Below, one piece after another: positions 1-8,082 of a stretch of DNA of 34,779 nt. How positions within the stretch are numbered: the first letter of the stretch is position 1; each line of letters opens with the position of its first letter. This DNA comes from Capsulimonadales bacterium (GTDB taxonomy: Bacteria > Armatimonadota > Armatimonadia > Armatimonadales > Armatimonadaceae). The stretch covers positions 1 through 34,779 of the forward strand of contig JANRLW010000045.1 of the NCBI GenBank assembly GCA_033762295.1. Reading direction: 5' to 3'. The notes under the pieces are model-generated. The model was not told the DNA's origin and did no database searches. It saw only the letters and a list, made by a program, of their open reading frames with translations. Position numbers and translations under genes: made by a program.

Positions 1-180
1 AAAGTGGCACGCTTCCTGCTCTTTAGATGCATGGACTACCGGGATTTGTAGTTACATAATCGCCATATAACCCGAGGTCTTCGGAACGGAAAAGCGAGGG
101 ACGGAGCAAGGTCCCCGCGAAACGAAGTCGTTACCATCCAAGTATCGCCGGATCGTGGTTACCGTCGCTGGGAGGATCGG

Positions 181-786
181 ATGGTTCGAGTTAACGGATA
201 TGACATCATTATCAAGCCCGCGCTGGTCGTGCTTCTGCTGGCCTGCCTGATTGCGGCCATCGCCATTCCCGCGTTTCAAAGAACTCCGGCACCGAAAAGA
301 CCCGCTTTCGGGTATCTGCGCCCGGATCTCTGGCAGTTTCGGACGAAGGCGGGAGCCGAGGCAACGGTGGGGACGCCGGAAAATCCCTCGGTCGGGTTGC
401 CTGAGGATGAACAGGGGCTTCCCCTGCTCAACATGGAAACCGGCGTTTCGGTGAACGTCACGCAGGTAAACGGACCGGAAAGCGTTCGACTCGTCTCCGG
501 CATCAATCTGGCCGAAGTCCCGAAACTCGCCGATATGCGCTTGCGGTTCGAGGCGCGGTCGGAGGCCGGGATGACGGTTCGCTTCGCCGTGTACGAATTC
601 CATCGGCTTCTCTGGAACCAGGCGATCCGGGTTCGCGGCGACTGGCAGACCTACGCCATCACCGTGCCGCTCGACGCCCTGAAGGACCGGCGAAACCAGC
701 AACTGATCGTGGCTGCGGAGTTGGCCCACGGACCGGGCGAAATCGCGTTACGGAAGATACGACTCACCGAGATGACGGCGAAATGA
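181..786 (+). CDS. Membrane-anchored hypothetical protein, possible galactose-binding-like/CBM4-9-type beta-sandwich
   Basis: GGGAGG RBS upstream. N-terminal hydrophobic helix (ALVVLLLACLIAAIAIP). C-terminal pattern RLRFEARS...VRGDWQTY resembles CBM-like domains. Confidence 0.55.
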   Translation: MVRVNGYDIIIKPALVVLLLACLIAAIAIPAFQRTPAPKRPAFGYLRPDLWQFRTKAGAEATVGTPENPSVGLPEDEQGLPLLNMETGVSVNVTQVNGPESVRLVSGINLAEVPKLADMRLRFEARSEAGMTVRFAVYEFHRLLWNQAIRVRGDWQTYAITVPLDALKDRRNQQLIVAAELAHGPGEIALRKIRLTEMTAK

Positions 787-830
787 CGCCGAAAGGACGA
801 TAGGTCGAACGAAAGGCACGTGAGGTCGGC

Positions 831-855
831 GAACAAAAGGACGATCGGACGGGTA
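831..855 (+). promoter_or_regulatory. Candidate alternative-sigma promoter GAAC-N16-GGGTA upstream of dps
   Basis: Same motif with identical spacing occurs at 1436-1460 upstream of htrA. Confidence 0.45.
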
Positions 856-894
856 CTATTCCCGGTGAAAGACCGTTTGAAGGAACTGACAAAC

Positions 895-1398
895 ATGCCA
901 CAAACACTGAAAGCCAATATCGGCCTGAACGACGAAACCCGTGGGTCCGTCAAGAGGATTCTGGACCACCATCTGGCGGACCTGCATGTGCTGTACGTCA
1001 AGACCCGCAACTATCACTGGAATGTCCGCGGGCCGCAGTTTATCAGCCTGCACGAACTGTTCGAGGAACAGTATACGGCGATGGCGGAGTCGATCGACGA
1101 GGTGGCCGAGCGTGTCCGCTCCCTCGGAGAGAACCCGATCGGCTCGATGCGGGAGTTTCTCGAGATCGCCCGTCTGCAGGAGGAGGTTCCGGGGAACCTT
1201 CCGTCGGCGCATGATATGGTCGCCCATCTGCTTTCCGACCATGAAGCGGTCATCCGGCAGCTGCGGAGCGATGTCGATGTGACGGGGAACGACTGCCATG
1301 ATGTCGGCACCTCCGACTTCCTGACCGGCCTGATGGAAGCGCACGAGAAGATGGCCTGGATGCTCCGGGCGTTCCTCGAGGATCACAGCGTCAACTAG
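895..1398 (+). CDS. dps: DNA starvation/stationary phase protection protein Dps (ferritin-like)
   Basis: KTRNYHWNVRGPQFISLHELFEEQY...IDEVAERVRSLG and HEKMAWML signatures. AAGGA RBS before ATG 895. Confidence 0.95.
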   Translation: MPQTLKANIGLNDETRGSVKRILDHHLADLHVLYVKTRNYHWNVRGPQFISLHELFEEQYTAMAESIDEVAERVRSLGENPIGSMREFLEIARLQEEVPGNLPSAHDMVAHLLSDHEAVIRQLRSDVDVTGNDCHDVGTSDFLTGLMEAHEKMAWMLRAFLEDHSVN

Positions 1399-1435
1399 TC
1401 GAACCCCCTGCCCGAACGAGCAGGTCGTTCCGGAG

Positions 1436-1460
1436 GAACGCCGCGCAGCGTTCCAGGGTA
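1436..1460 (+). promoter_or_regulatory. Candidate alternative-sigma promoter GAAC-N16-GGGTA upstream of htrA-like gene
   Basis: Matches the motif upstream of dps. Confidence 0.45.
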
Positions 1461-1479
1461 ACAGGTATACGTTTTCGTT

Positions 1480-1517
1480 TCACCCCTCGACATACTGCGT
1501 CGAGGGGTGACGCTTTT
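1480..1517 (+). terminator. 12-bp perfect hairpin followed by CGCTTTT (terminator or attenuator)
   Basis: TCACCCCTCGAC-atactgc-GTCGAGGGGTGA. Confidence 0.55.
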
Positions 1518-1530
1518 CGAGGGAGATACA

Positions 1531-2481
1531 ATGCCTGTTACTACCGCTATGAATCGACCGGAGACCCCGGTTCGGGATGACGAACTGTTCGATGCCTACA
1601 GCCGGACGGTCGTCCATGTGGCCGAGACGGTCAGCCCGTCGGTCGTCTATATCGAGGTCAAGGGGGCAGGATCGGGTTCCGGCTTTATTTTAGCGCCGGA
1701 CGGCTATATCCTGACCAACAGCCATGTGGTTCATAATGCCCGGGAGATCGCGGTCACGCTGCACGATGGCCGAACGATCAAGGCGGAACTGATCGGCGAG
1801 GACCCGTCGACGGACCTGGCCGTCCTTCGGATCGACGCTCCCAACCTCACTCCTGCGCGTCTCGCCGACTCGCAGATGGTCCGTGTCGGTCAACTGGCCA
1901 TCGCCATCGGGAACCCCTATGGCTTCCAGACATCGGTCACGACCGGGGTCGTCTCGGCGCTCGGGCGGTCGCTTCGTTCGTACAGCGGACGCAATATCGA
2001 CAACGTCCTGCAAACGGATGCCGCCCTCAACCCCGGTAACTCCGGCGGCCCCCTGGTCGACAGCCGGGGCGAGGTGATCGGGGTTAATACGGCGGTCATC
2101 CTGCCTGCCCAGGGACTGTGCTTCGCGATCGCGATCAATACGGCAAAGTGGGTCGCGTCCCGCCTGATCCGCGAGGGCCGCGTCCGCCGTTCCCAGATCG
2201 GTATCCAGGGGCAGAATGTCGTCCTGCCGCGCCGTCTGAGTCAGCTGCACAACCTCGGCGAAACGGGCGTCCGCGTCGCCGGAATCGAACCGAACAGTCC
2301 GGCGTTCCGTTCGAGCCTGAAAGAGGGGGATGTCATCATCGCCTTCGACGGCCAACCCGTCCTTGGCATCGACGACCTGCACCGCCTCCTGACCGAGGAC
2401 CGCGTCGGCACCCGAATCCCGCTGACGGTTCTGCGCAAAGGCGAGAAGGAGATCGTCCACCTCGTCCCCGGCGAAGCCTAG
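1531..2481 (+). CDS. HtrA/DegP-family trypsin-like serine protease with one PDZ domain, no signal peptide
   Basis: GSGSGF, LTNSHVV, DLAVL and TDAALNPGNSGGPL catalytic motifs. C-terminal PDZ domain. GAGGGAG RBS. Confidence 0.93.
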   Translation: MPVTTAMNRPETPVRDDELFDAYSRTVVHVAETVSPSVVYIEVKGAGSGSGFILAPDGYILTNSHVVHNAREIAVTLHDGRTIKAELIGEDPSTDLAVLRIDAPNLTPARLADSQMVRVGQLAIAIGNPYGFQTSVTTGVVSALGRSLRSYSGRNIDNVLQTDAALNPGNSGGPLVDSRGEVIGVNTAVILPAQGLCFAIAINTAKWVASRLIREGRVRRSQIGIQGQNVVLPRRLSQLHNLGETGVRVAGIEPNSPAFRSSLKEGDVIIAFDGQPVLGIDDLHRLLTEDRVGTRIPLTVLRKGEKEIVHLVPGEA

Positions 2482-2578
2482 GGACGCCGCCTGCGATGCC
2501 ATGCAGGGACACGGGAGTTCGTTGCGGAATGGTAACCTGATAACCCCATTGTAACCCCATTGTCGGGAGGACGGAACC

Positions 2579-3694
2579 ATGTCGGAACGAATGACGCGCC
2601 GTGATGCGCTGATGCGGACGGCGGCGGTGTTGACCCCGTCGCTGGCGCCGCTGTCGTTCGCACAGGCGCAGGACGACGCCTCGAAGAAACTCGGCTGGGC
2701 GATCGTCGGAATCGGCGGACTGTCCATGGGACAGATCCTGCCCGGTTTCGCCGAATGCACCAAAAGCCGCGTCACCGCTCTGGTCAGCGGGTCTCCCGCC
2801 AAGGCGAAGGAGCAGGCGGAAAAGTACGGAGCGAAACGGGTCTATCATTACGATAACTACGACAATATCAAGAGCGATCCCGATATCGATGTCGTGTACA
2901 TCGTACTGCCCAACGGGATGCACGCCGAATACACGATCCGCGCCCTGAACGCCGGGAAGCATGTTCTCTGCGAGAAGCCGATGGCAAACACGCCCGAGGA
3001 GTGCGAGGCAATGATTCGGGCGGCCCGGCGGAACAACCGCAAACTGATGATCGCCTACCGCTGTCAGTACGAACCGTACAACCGGGCGGCGATCGAGATC
3101 TGTCGCACCGGACAGATCGGAAAACTCAAAACGATCGTCTCCGATCATGGCTTCCGGATCGGTGACCCATCGCAGTGGCGTCTGAACAAAAAACTGGCCG
3201 GGGGTGGTTCGCTGATGGACATCGGCATCTACTCCCTGCAGGCCGCGCGCTACCTGACCGGCGAGGAGCCGACCGAGGTGGAGGCCCTCTCCTATTCGAC
3301 GCCGAACGATCCCCGGTTCAAGGAGGTCGAGGAGACCATTCACTTCATGCTGCGGTTCCCCTCCGGCACTCTGGCGAACCTGACCTCCTCCTACGGATAC
3401 TCGGGAGCGAACCGTATCCGGGTGATCGGCGACCTGGGGTTCGTCGATATGGAACCGGCGACGAGCTACGGCGGAATTCGGCTCCGGATGGCCGGGAAAA
3501 ACGGGTACGAGGAGAAAAAATTTGCGGAGAAGAACCAGTTCGGGATCGAGATGGACTACTTCTCGGATTGTATCCTGAACAAAAAGGAGCCGAAGACCGC
3601 CGGGGAGGAGGGACTGCGCGACGTGAAGATCATGATGGCGATCTACGAGGCGGCGCGGACCGGTGGTCGGGTCAAACTGACCGGGGAGAAATAG
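2579..3694 (+). CDS. Gfo/Idh/MocA oxidoreductase (glucose-fructose oxidoreductase-like) with Tat signal
   Basis: TRRDAL twin-arginine leader, AIVGIGG Rossmann motif, GKHVLCEKPM, GGGSLMDIGIY. Confidence 0.92.
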   Translation: MSERMTRRDALMRTAAVLTPSLAPLSFAQAQDDASKKLGWAIVGIGGLSMGQILPGFAECTKSRVTALVSGSPAKAKEQAEKYGAKRVYHYDNYDNIKSDPDIDVVYIVLPNGMHAEYTIRALNAGKHVLCEKPMANTPEECEAMIRAARRNNRKLMIAYRCQYEPYNRAAIEICRTGQIGKLKTIVSDHGFRIGDPSQWRLNKKLAGGGSLMDIGIYSLQAARYLTGEEPTEVEALSYSTPNDPRFKEVEETIHFMLRFPSGTLANLTSSYGYSGANRIRVIGDLGFVDMEPATSYGGIRLRMAGKNGYEEKKFAEKNQFGIEMDYFSDCILNKKEPKTAGEEGLRDVKIMMAIYEAARTGGRVKLTGEK

Positions 3695-3724
3695 CCCTCC
3701 CGCACCGGAACGATGCGGGAGGGC
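3694..3724. terminator. Hairpin between the convergent gfo-like gene and amtB
   Basis: GCCCTCCCGCA-N9-TGCGGGAGGGC, an 11-bp stem. Confidence 0.6.
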
Positions 3725-3743
3725 GGTCCAAGGAGCGGACGGG

Positions 3744-5297
3744 CTAGTGGGATGGTTTGGGCGACAGTGCGGTGGCGGCATGCGCCATGCTCTGTGTGGG
3801 AACCGCTCCGAGCGGCAGCGATTCCGTTCCGGCGTTCGGACCGGCGTAACCGGCTTCGCCATGCTCCGTCAGGTCGAGGCCCACGCTCTCGTCCTCGGCG
3901 GACGCCCGGATACCCATGGTGAACTTCAGGATGCCGGCGATGAGGGCCGTGCCGATGCCGCCGAGGGCCAGGGCGATCAGGATACCGATGATCTGATTGA
4001 TCAGGAGAGCGGCGTCGCCGCCCGCCACCAGCAGGCCGTTCTTCGCGCCGTTGAGATTGACGACGCTGTTGACCGCGCCGTCCGCGAAGAGACCGGTCGC
4101 CACCGCGCCCCAGATACCGCCACAACAGTGGACCGCGAAGACGTCGAGCGTGTCGTCATAGCCCAGCTTGCTTTTGAGCTTGATCATCGAGAAGGAGATG
4201 ACCGAGACGACCGCGCCGATAATCAGCGACGAGCCGACGGTGACGAAGCCGGAAGCCGGGGTGATGGCGACCAGGCCGGCCACCGCACCCGAAGCGAAGC
4301 CGAGCGCGGTCGGCTTCTTGATCGTCACCCATTCGATCAGGATCCAGACCAGACCCGCCGTCGCCGCCGCGACATGGGTGACCGCGAACGCGCTGCCCGC
4401 CAGGCCGCCCGATGCGACCGCCGACCCTGCGTTAAACCCGAACCAGCCGAACCAGAGCAGGCCGGTGCCGATCAGCGTCATCGGCAGGTTGTGCGGACGG
4501 GTGTCCTCGCCCCGATCCAGCTTGCGCGCCCCGAGCATCAGGGCCAGCACCAGCGCGGAGATACCGGAGAGGATATGGACGACCGTGCCGCCGGCGAAGT
4601 CCAGCGCGCCTTTCGCGAAGAGGAAACCACCCTCTCCCCAGACCATGTGCGCCATCGGCGAGTAGCAGATCACGCTCCAGAGGGCGATGAACACCACGTA
4701 GGCGGAGAACTTCATGCGCTCGGCGATCGCGCCCGAGATTAGCGCCGGGGTGATGATGGCGAACATCATCTGGAACATCATGAAGACCTGGTGCGGAACG
4801 GTGATTCCGGTGCCGTTCAGAATGAACGTCTTCTGATCCACCCCGTTCAGCATGACGTAGTTCATACCGCCCAGGAACGGACTGCCCGGAGCGAACGCCA
4901 GACTGTAGCCGATGACGACCCAGATCACGGTGACTACCGAAAGGGCGATGAACGACTGCATCAGAACGTTCAGAATATTCTTCGATCGAACCATCCCGCC
5001 GTAGAAAAGGGCGAGACCGGGCGTCATCAGCATAACCAGCGCGGAGGAGACCAGTAGCCAGGCGGTATCCCCGGTATTGACCTCGGGAGGCGCGGCCGGG
5101 GCGGGAGCGGATTCAGCCGGGGCGGGAGTCTCCGCCGCTGCGGGCGACGGCGAGGCATCCGGGGCCGGTGAGGCGGCCACGGTCGGTGCGGGGTCCTGCG
5201 CCCGGACCGGGACGCTGAGACATGGCAGCAAAAGCGCCAGGGCGGCGAGCAACGGCAGCAGAACCTGCCGAACGCCGCGTCGGGATGCGGTAGTCAC
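3744..5297 (-). CDS. amtB: Ammonium transporter
   Basis: GDTAWLLVSSALVMLMTPGLALFYGG, DFAGGTVVH, LLWFGWFGFNAGS, DDTLDVFAVH. GTG start at 5297 follows an AAGGA RBS, then a signal peptide and Pro/Ala linker. Confidence 0.97.
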   Translation of the reverse strand: MTTASRRGVRQVLLPLLAALALLLPCLSVPVRAQDPAPTVAASPAPDASPSPAAAETPAPAESAPAPAAPPEVNTGDTAWLLVSSALVMLMTPGLALFYGGMVRSKNILNVLMQSFIALSVVTVIWVVIGYSLAFAPGSPFLGGMNYVMLNGVDQKTFILNGTGITVPHQVFMMFQMMFAIITPALISGAIAERMKFSAYVVFIALWSVICYSPMAHMVWGEGGFLFAKGALDFAGGTVVHILSGISALVLALMLGARKLDRGEDTRPHNLPMTLIGTGLLWFGWFGFNAGSAVASGGLAGSAFAVTHVAAATAGLVWILIEWVTIKKPTALGFASGAVAGLVAITPASGFVTVGSSLIIGAVVSVISFSMIKLKSKLGYDDTLDVFAVHCCGGIWGAVATGLFADGAVNSVVNLNGAKNGLLVAGGDAALLINQIIGILIALALGGIGTALIAGILKFTMGIRASAEDESVGLDLTEHGEAGYAGPNAGTESLPLGAVPTQSMAHAATALSPKPSH

Positions 5298-5553
5298 AAA
5301 CGGAATTCCTTTCTTGAGTCGATCCGGAACGAGTCCGGGGCTGTGCCGCCTGGTCACAGGTGCATTACGAAAGCCGGGCATAAGCGGATGAAAGAATGCG
5401 AACCACATTCGGATGTCCTGTCCTTTTCGAGTCTTCCCCGGAGAAAATCCGTCCTCCCGCCGCACCGCGGAGAGCGTCCTGCCATGAGCAAAACCGGGCA
5501 AGTCGCGGTCGTATCGTTACTATCGTTATTTTTCCGTCACACAACCGGGAGAA

Positions 5554-5576
5554 TCCGTCCGCTCGAAGCGGACGGA
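5554..5576 (-). terminator. Hairpin right after the glnK stop (terminator or stabiliser)
   Basis: TCCGTCCGC-5 nt-GCGGACGGA, a 9-bp stem with a weak U-tract. Confidence 0.5.
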
Positions 5577-5586
5577 AGCACCGGTG

Positions 5587-5988
<402 letters not shown>

Positions 5989-6031
5989 TCAGTACGGATG
6001 CGGTCCCCCGGATTGTGTCTTGCCGACCGGT

Positions 6032-6724
6032 CTACGGCTGAATGGCGTCCAGCGACGCTTTTTCGCACCGGATCGGTCGGACGCTCGAAGGACGACCTTC
6101 GCCGGGTTCGGCCGTGAAGCGGGAAGAGGAAGCGGAGTTGCCGCCACCGGCGATCTCGCTGGCGGTGATGATCGCCTGGGCAATCTCGTGCGCCTGCTTG
6201 CCGAGGGCGATACTCTGGGATTGAATCCGTTTGAACGCATCGCGCTCCGAGAGGCCGTGACGCTCCATCAGGATCGCTTTGGCCCGTCCGACCAGCTTCC
6301 GGGCTTCCATCCGTTCGTTCAGGGCGCGGACTTCCTCCTCCAGTCCGTGGCGCTCCTGGCACCGGGCAAGGACGGTGGGAACGGTAAAGCGGAGATCGGT
6401 CGCCCGGTACGGCCGGGAAACGAAACCCATGACCAGGGGCGAATCGAAGTCGATCCGTGTGTCGTCCGTATCCGCGCCGGTAAGGATAATCGCCATCGGC
6501 GCACGTTCGGAGCCGGGGCTTTGAAGGAGGTCCGGTCCCGAAACACCGGCAAGCGACACCTCCAGGAGTAACAGTTCCGGGCGGAGGCTGCGTACGAGCG
6601 AAAGAGTCTGGCTGCCGCTCTCGGCTTCGCCGACGACCGGGTGGCCCAGCGACGTCAGAATCGCACGGAGCTCCTGTCGGGTCTGCGGGTCAGGGTCCGC
6701 AATGAGTACATTTGCCAATCGCAC
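6032..6724 (-). CDS. Response regulator with ANTAR RNA-binding output domain (NasT/AmiR/PdtaR-like)
   Basis: Receiver-like N-terminus. ANTAR motif RKLVGRAKAILMERHGLSERDAFKRIQSQS...AHEIAQAII. GAGGAG RBS. Confidence 0.93.
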   Translation of the reverse strand: MRLANVLIADPDPQTRQELRAILTSLGHPVVGEAESGSQTLSLVRSLRPELLLLEVSLAGVSGPDLLQSPGSERAPMAIILTGADTDDTRIDFDSPLVMGFVSRPYRATDLRFTVPTVLARCQERHGLEEEVRALNERMEARKLVGRAKAILMERHGLSERDAFKRIQSQSIALGKQAHEIAQAIITASEIAGGGNSASSSRFTAEPGEGRPSSVRPIRCEKASLDAIQP

Positions 6725-6876
6725 GTCCGGCTGCTCCTCTCATGCGCGGTCAGTCAGGTTTCCTGAAGCGTCGGTGACCGTCAGGAAACGATGAACGGAC
6801 AGGGACTGCCCGGCATGAAGGGCAGTCGTAACAACGCGACCGCAGGAACGTTCCCTGCTTTGCAGGAAACGACCGT

Positions 6877-6909
6877 CGACGTCATCGTCGGAACCGCCCT
6901 CATCGGAGG
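6877..6909 (-). ncRNA. Candidate ANTAR-target dual-hairpin RNA motif in the 5' leader
   Basis: CCuCC-GAUGAG-GGcGG, a 3-nt linker, then CGAC-GAUGAC-GUCG. Two hexaloops with a purine at position 1 and G at position 4. Confidence 0.6.
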
Positions 6910-7081
6910 AAAACTTCGGAGAAACGATCCCATCGGCGGGAACCGTTCGATCGGCTATCCGGGAAACGCGATTGCGACCGAATGGCAAAAATCGCGGACC
7001 AACCGGAATTTGCGGAAAACCTCCGCCCGAAGAACCCCTGATCCAGTGTTAAGTAAATGTTAAGAGGTCCTGTTGCCGTGG

Positions 7082-7110
7082 ATTATAAACGAGGGGACTC
7101 CGTCTGTCAA
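7082..7110 (-). promoter_or_regulatory. Perfect sigma70 promoter TTGACA-N17-TATAAT for the ANTAR-glnK-amtB locus
   Basis: Minus strand reads TTGACAgacggagtcccctcgttTATAAT. Confidence 0.9.
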
Positions 7111-7173
7111 GCCATTCCGGGCAGTTCCCCCCGAGTTTTTTACTGAATTGTTTCCGAATTGTTTCCGTAACGA

Positions 7174-8082
7174 CTAACGTGTCGGGCGGACCGTCCAGAG
7201 ACGCCCGTCCGTCTCAGCGACGATCGCCCCGTCCCGGTCGGTCCGGTAGACGGCGATGTTCCGGTCGGCCAGACGTTTCAGGACGGCCGGACTCGGATGA
7301 CCGTAAAGGTTGTTCCGGCCGCAGGAGACGATCGCAATGCGGGGGCGAACCCGGTCCAGGAACGCGGCGGTCGTGGAGTGCGCCGAACCGTGATGTCCCG
7401 CTTTCAGAAGATCGGCGCTCAGATCGGGGCACGATGCCCGCATGGCGTCCTCGGCGGCTTCCGCCGCATCCCCGGTCAGCAGAACCCGAGCCCGACCGTA
7501 GACCACTCGCAGGACGATCGAGTTCTCGTTCGTCGGGGAGGCCGTACCGAGAATCGGGCGGTCGCCGGGATGTAACACTTCGAGAACCGCTCCCCCACCG
7601 ATATCGAGGCGCTGGCCCCGACGGGCGGTATAAATCGGTATCTTCCGGCGTTGCACCGTTTCCCGCAGAACCCGGTACGACGCCCCATTCCGGAAGAAAC
7701 CGGAGTCGAGCATGGCGCGGACGCGGGTCCGTTCGACCACGGCGATCAACCCCTGCACGTGGTCATCGTCGGGGTGTGTCGGAACGATCAGGTCGACCCC
7801 GGAAATCCCGCGTCGGCGGAGGTAGGGGACGATCACCCGGCTGCCGGGGTCCATCCCGGCGGTCGGATCGGCGCCGGGGTGACCGCCGGCGTCCACCACG
7901 ACCACCCGCCCGGTCGGGCTTTCAATAACGATCGCGTCGCCCTGCCCGACATCAGGGAAGGTGACGCGCAGCGGACGCCCGCCCGTCGTCCGGCAGCCGA
8001 TCGTCAACGACAGCAGGAGAAGCGAGAGCGGAAGGAGCGGAAACCGGAACGGTAGCGGACGGCGCAGGACGGCGGCGGACAT
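7174..8082 (-). CDS. comEC: ComEC/Rec2 metallo-beta-lactamase domain protein (C-terminal half of ComEC)
   Basis: DVGQGDA, THPDDDH, NENSIVL, LLTGDA, LKAGHHGS, YGHPS, RTDRDGAI. Confidence 0.88.
   Translation of the reverse strand: MSAAVLRRPLPFRFPLLPLSLLLLSLTIGCRTTGGRPLRVTFPDVGQGDAIVIESPTGRVVVVDAGGHPGADPTAGMDPGSRVIVPYLRRRGISGVDLIVPTHPDDDHVQGLIAVVERTRVRAMLDSGFFRNGASYRVLRETVQRRKIPIYTARRGQRLDIGGGAVLEVLHPGDRPILGTASPTNENSIVLRVVYGRARVLLTGDAAEAAEDAMRASCPDLSADLLKAGHHGSAHSTTAAFLDRVRPRIAIVSCGRNNLYGHPSPAVLKRLADRNIAVYRTDRDGAIVAETDGRLWTVRPTR

Noticed and set aside
5298..5501. Extended N-terminus of amtB in the ORF track (similar extensions for dps, ppdK, ahbAB, rbsK, ycaQ, gntR)
   Set aside because: Downstream starts fit better with RBS or -10 elements and with family N-termini.
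6760..6800. CGUUCAUC segment resembling the start of a glutamine-II riboswitch
   Set aside because: The downstream conserved elements of that motif are not recognisable; only an Rfam search could rescue it.
6740..6988. 82-aa ORF in the nitrogen leader ending at the ANTAR gene RBS
   Set aside because: TTG start without an RBS and no protein-like features. A leader-peptide role cannot be fully excluded.
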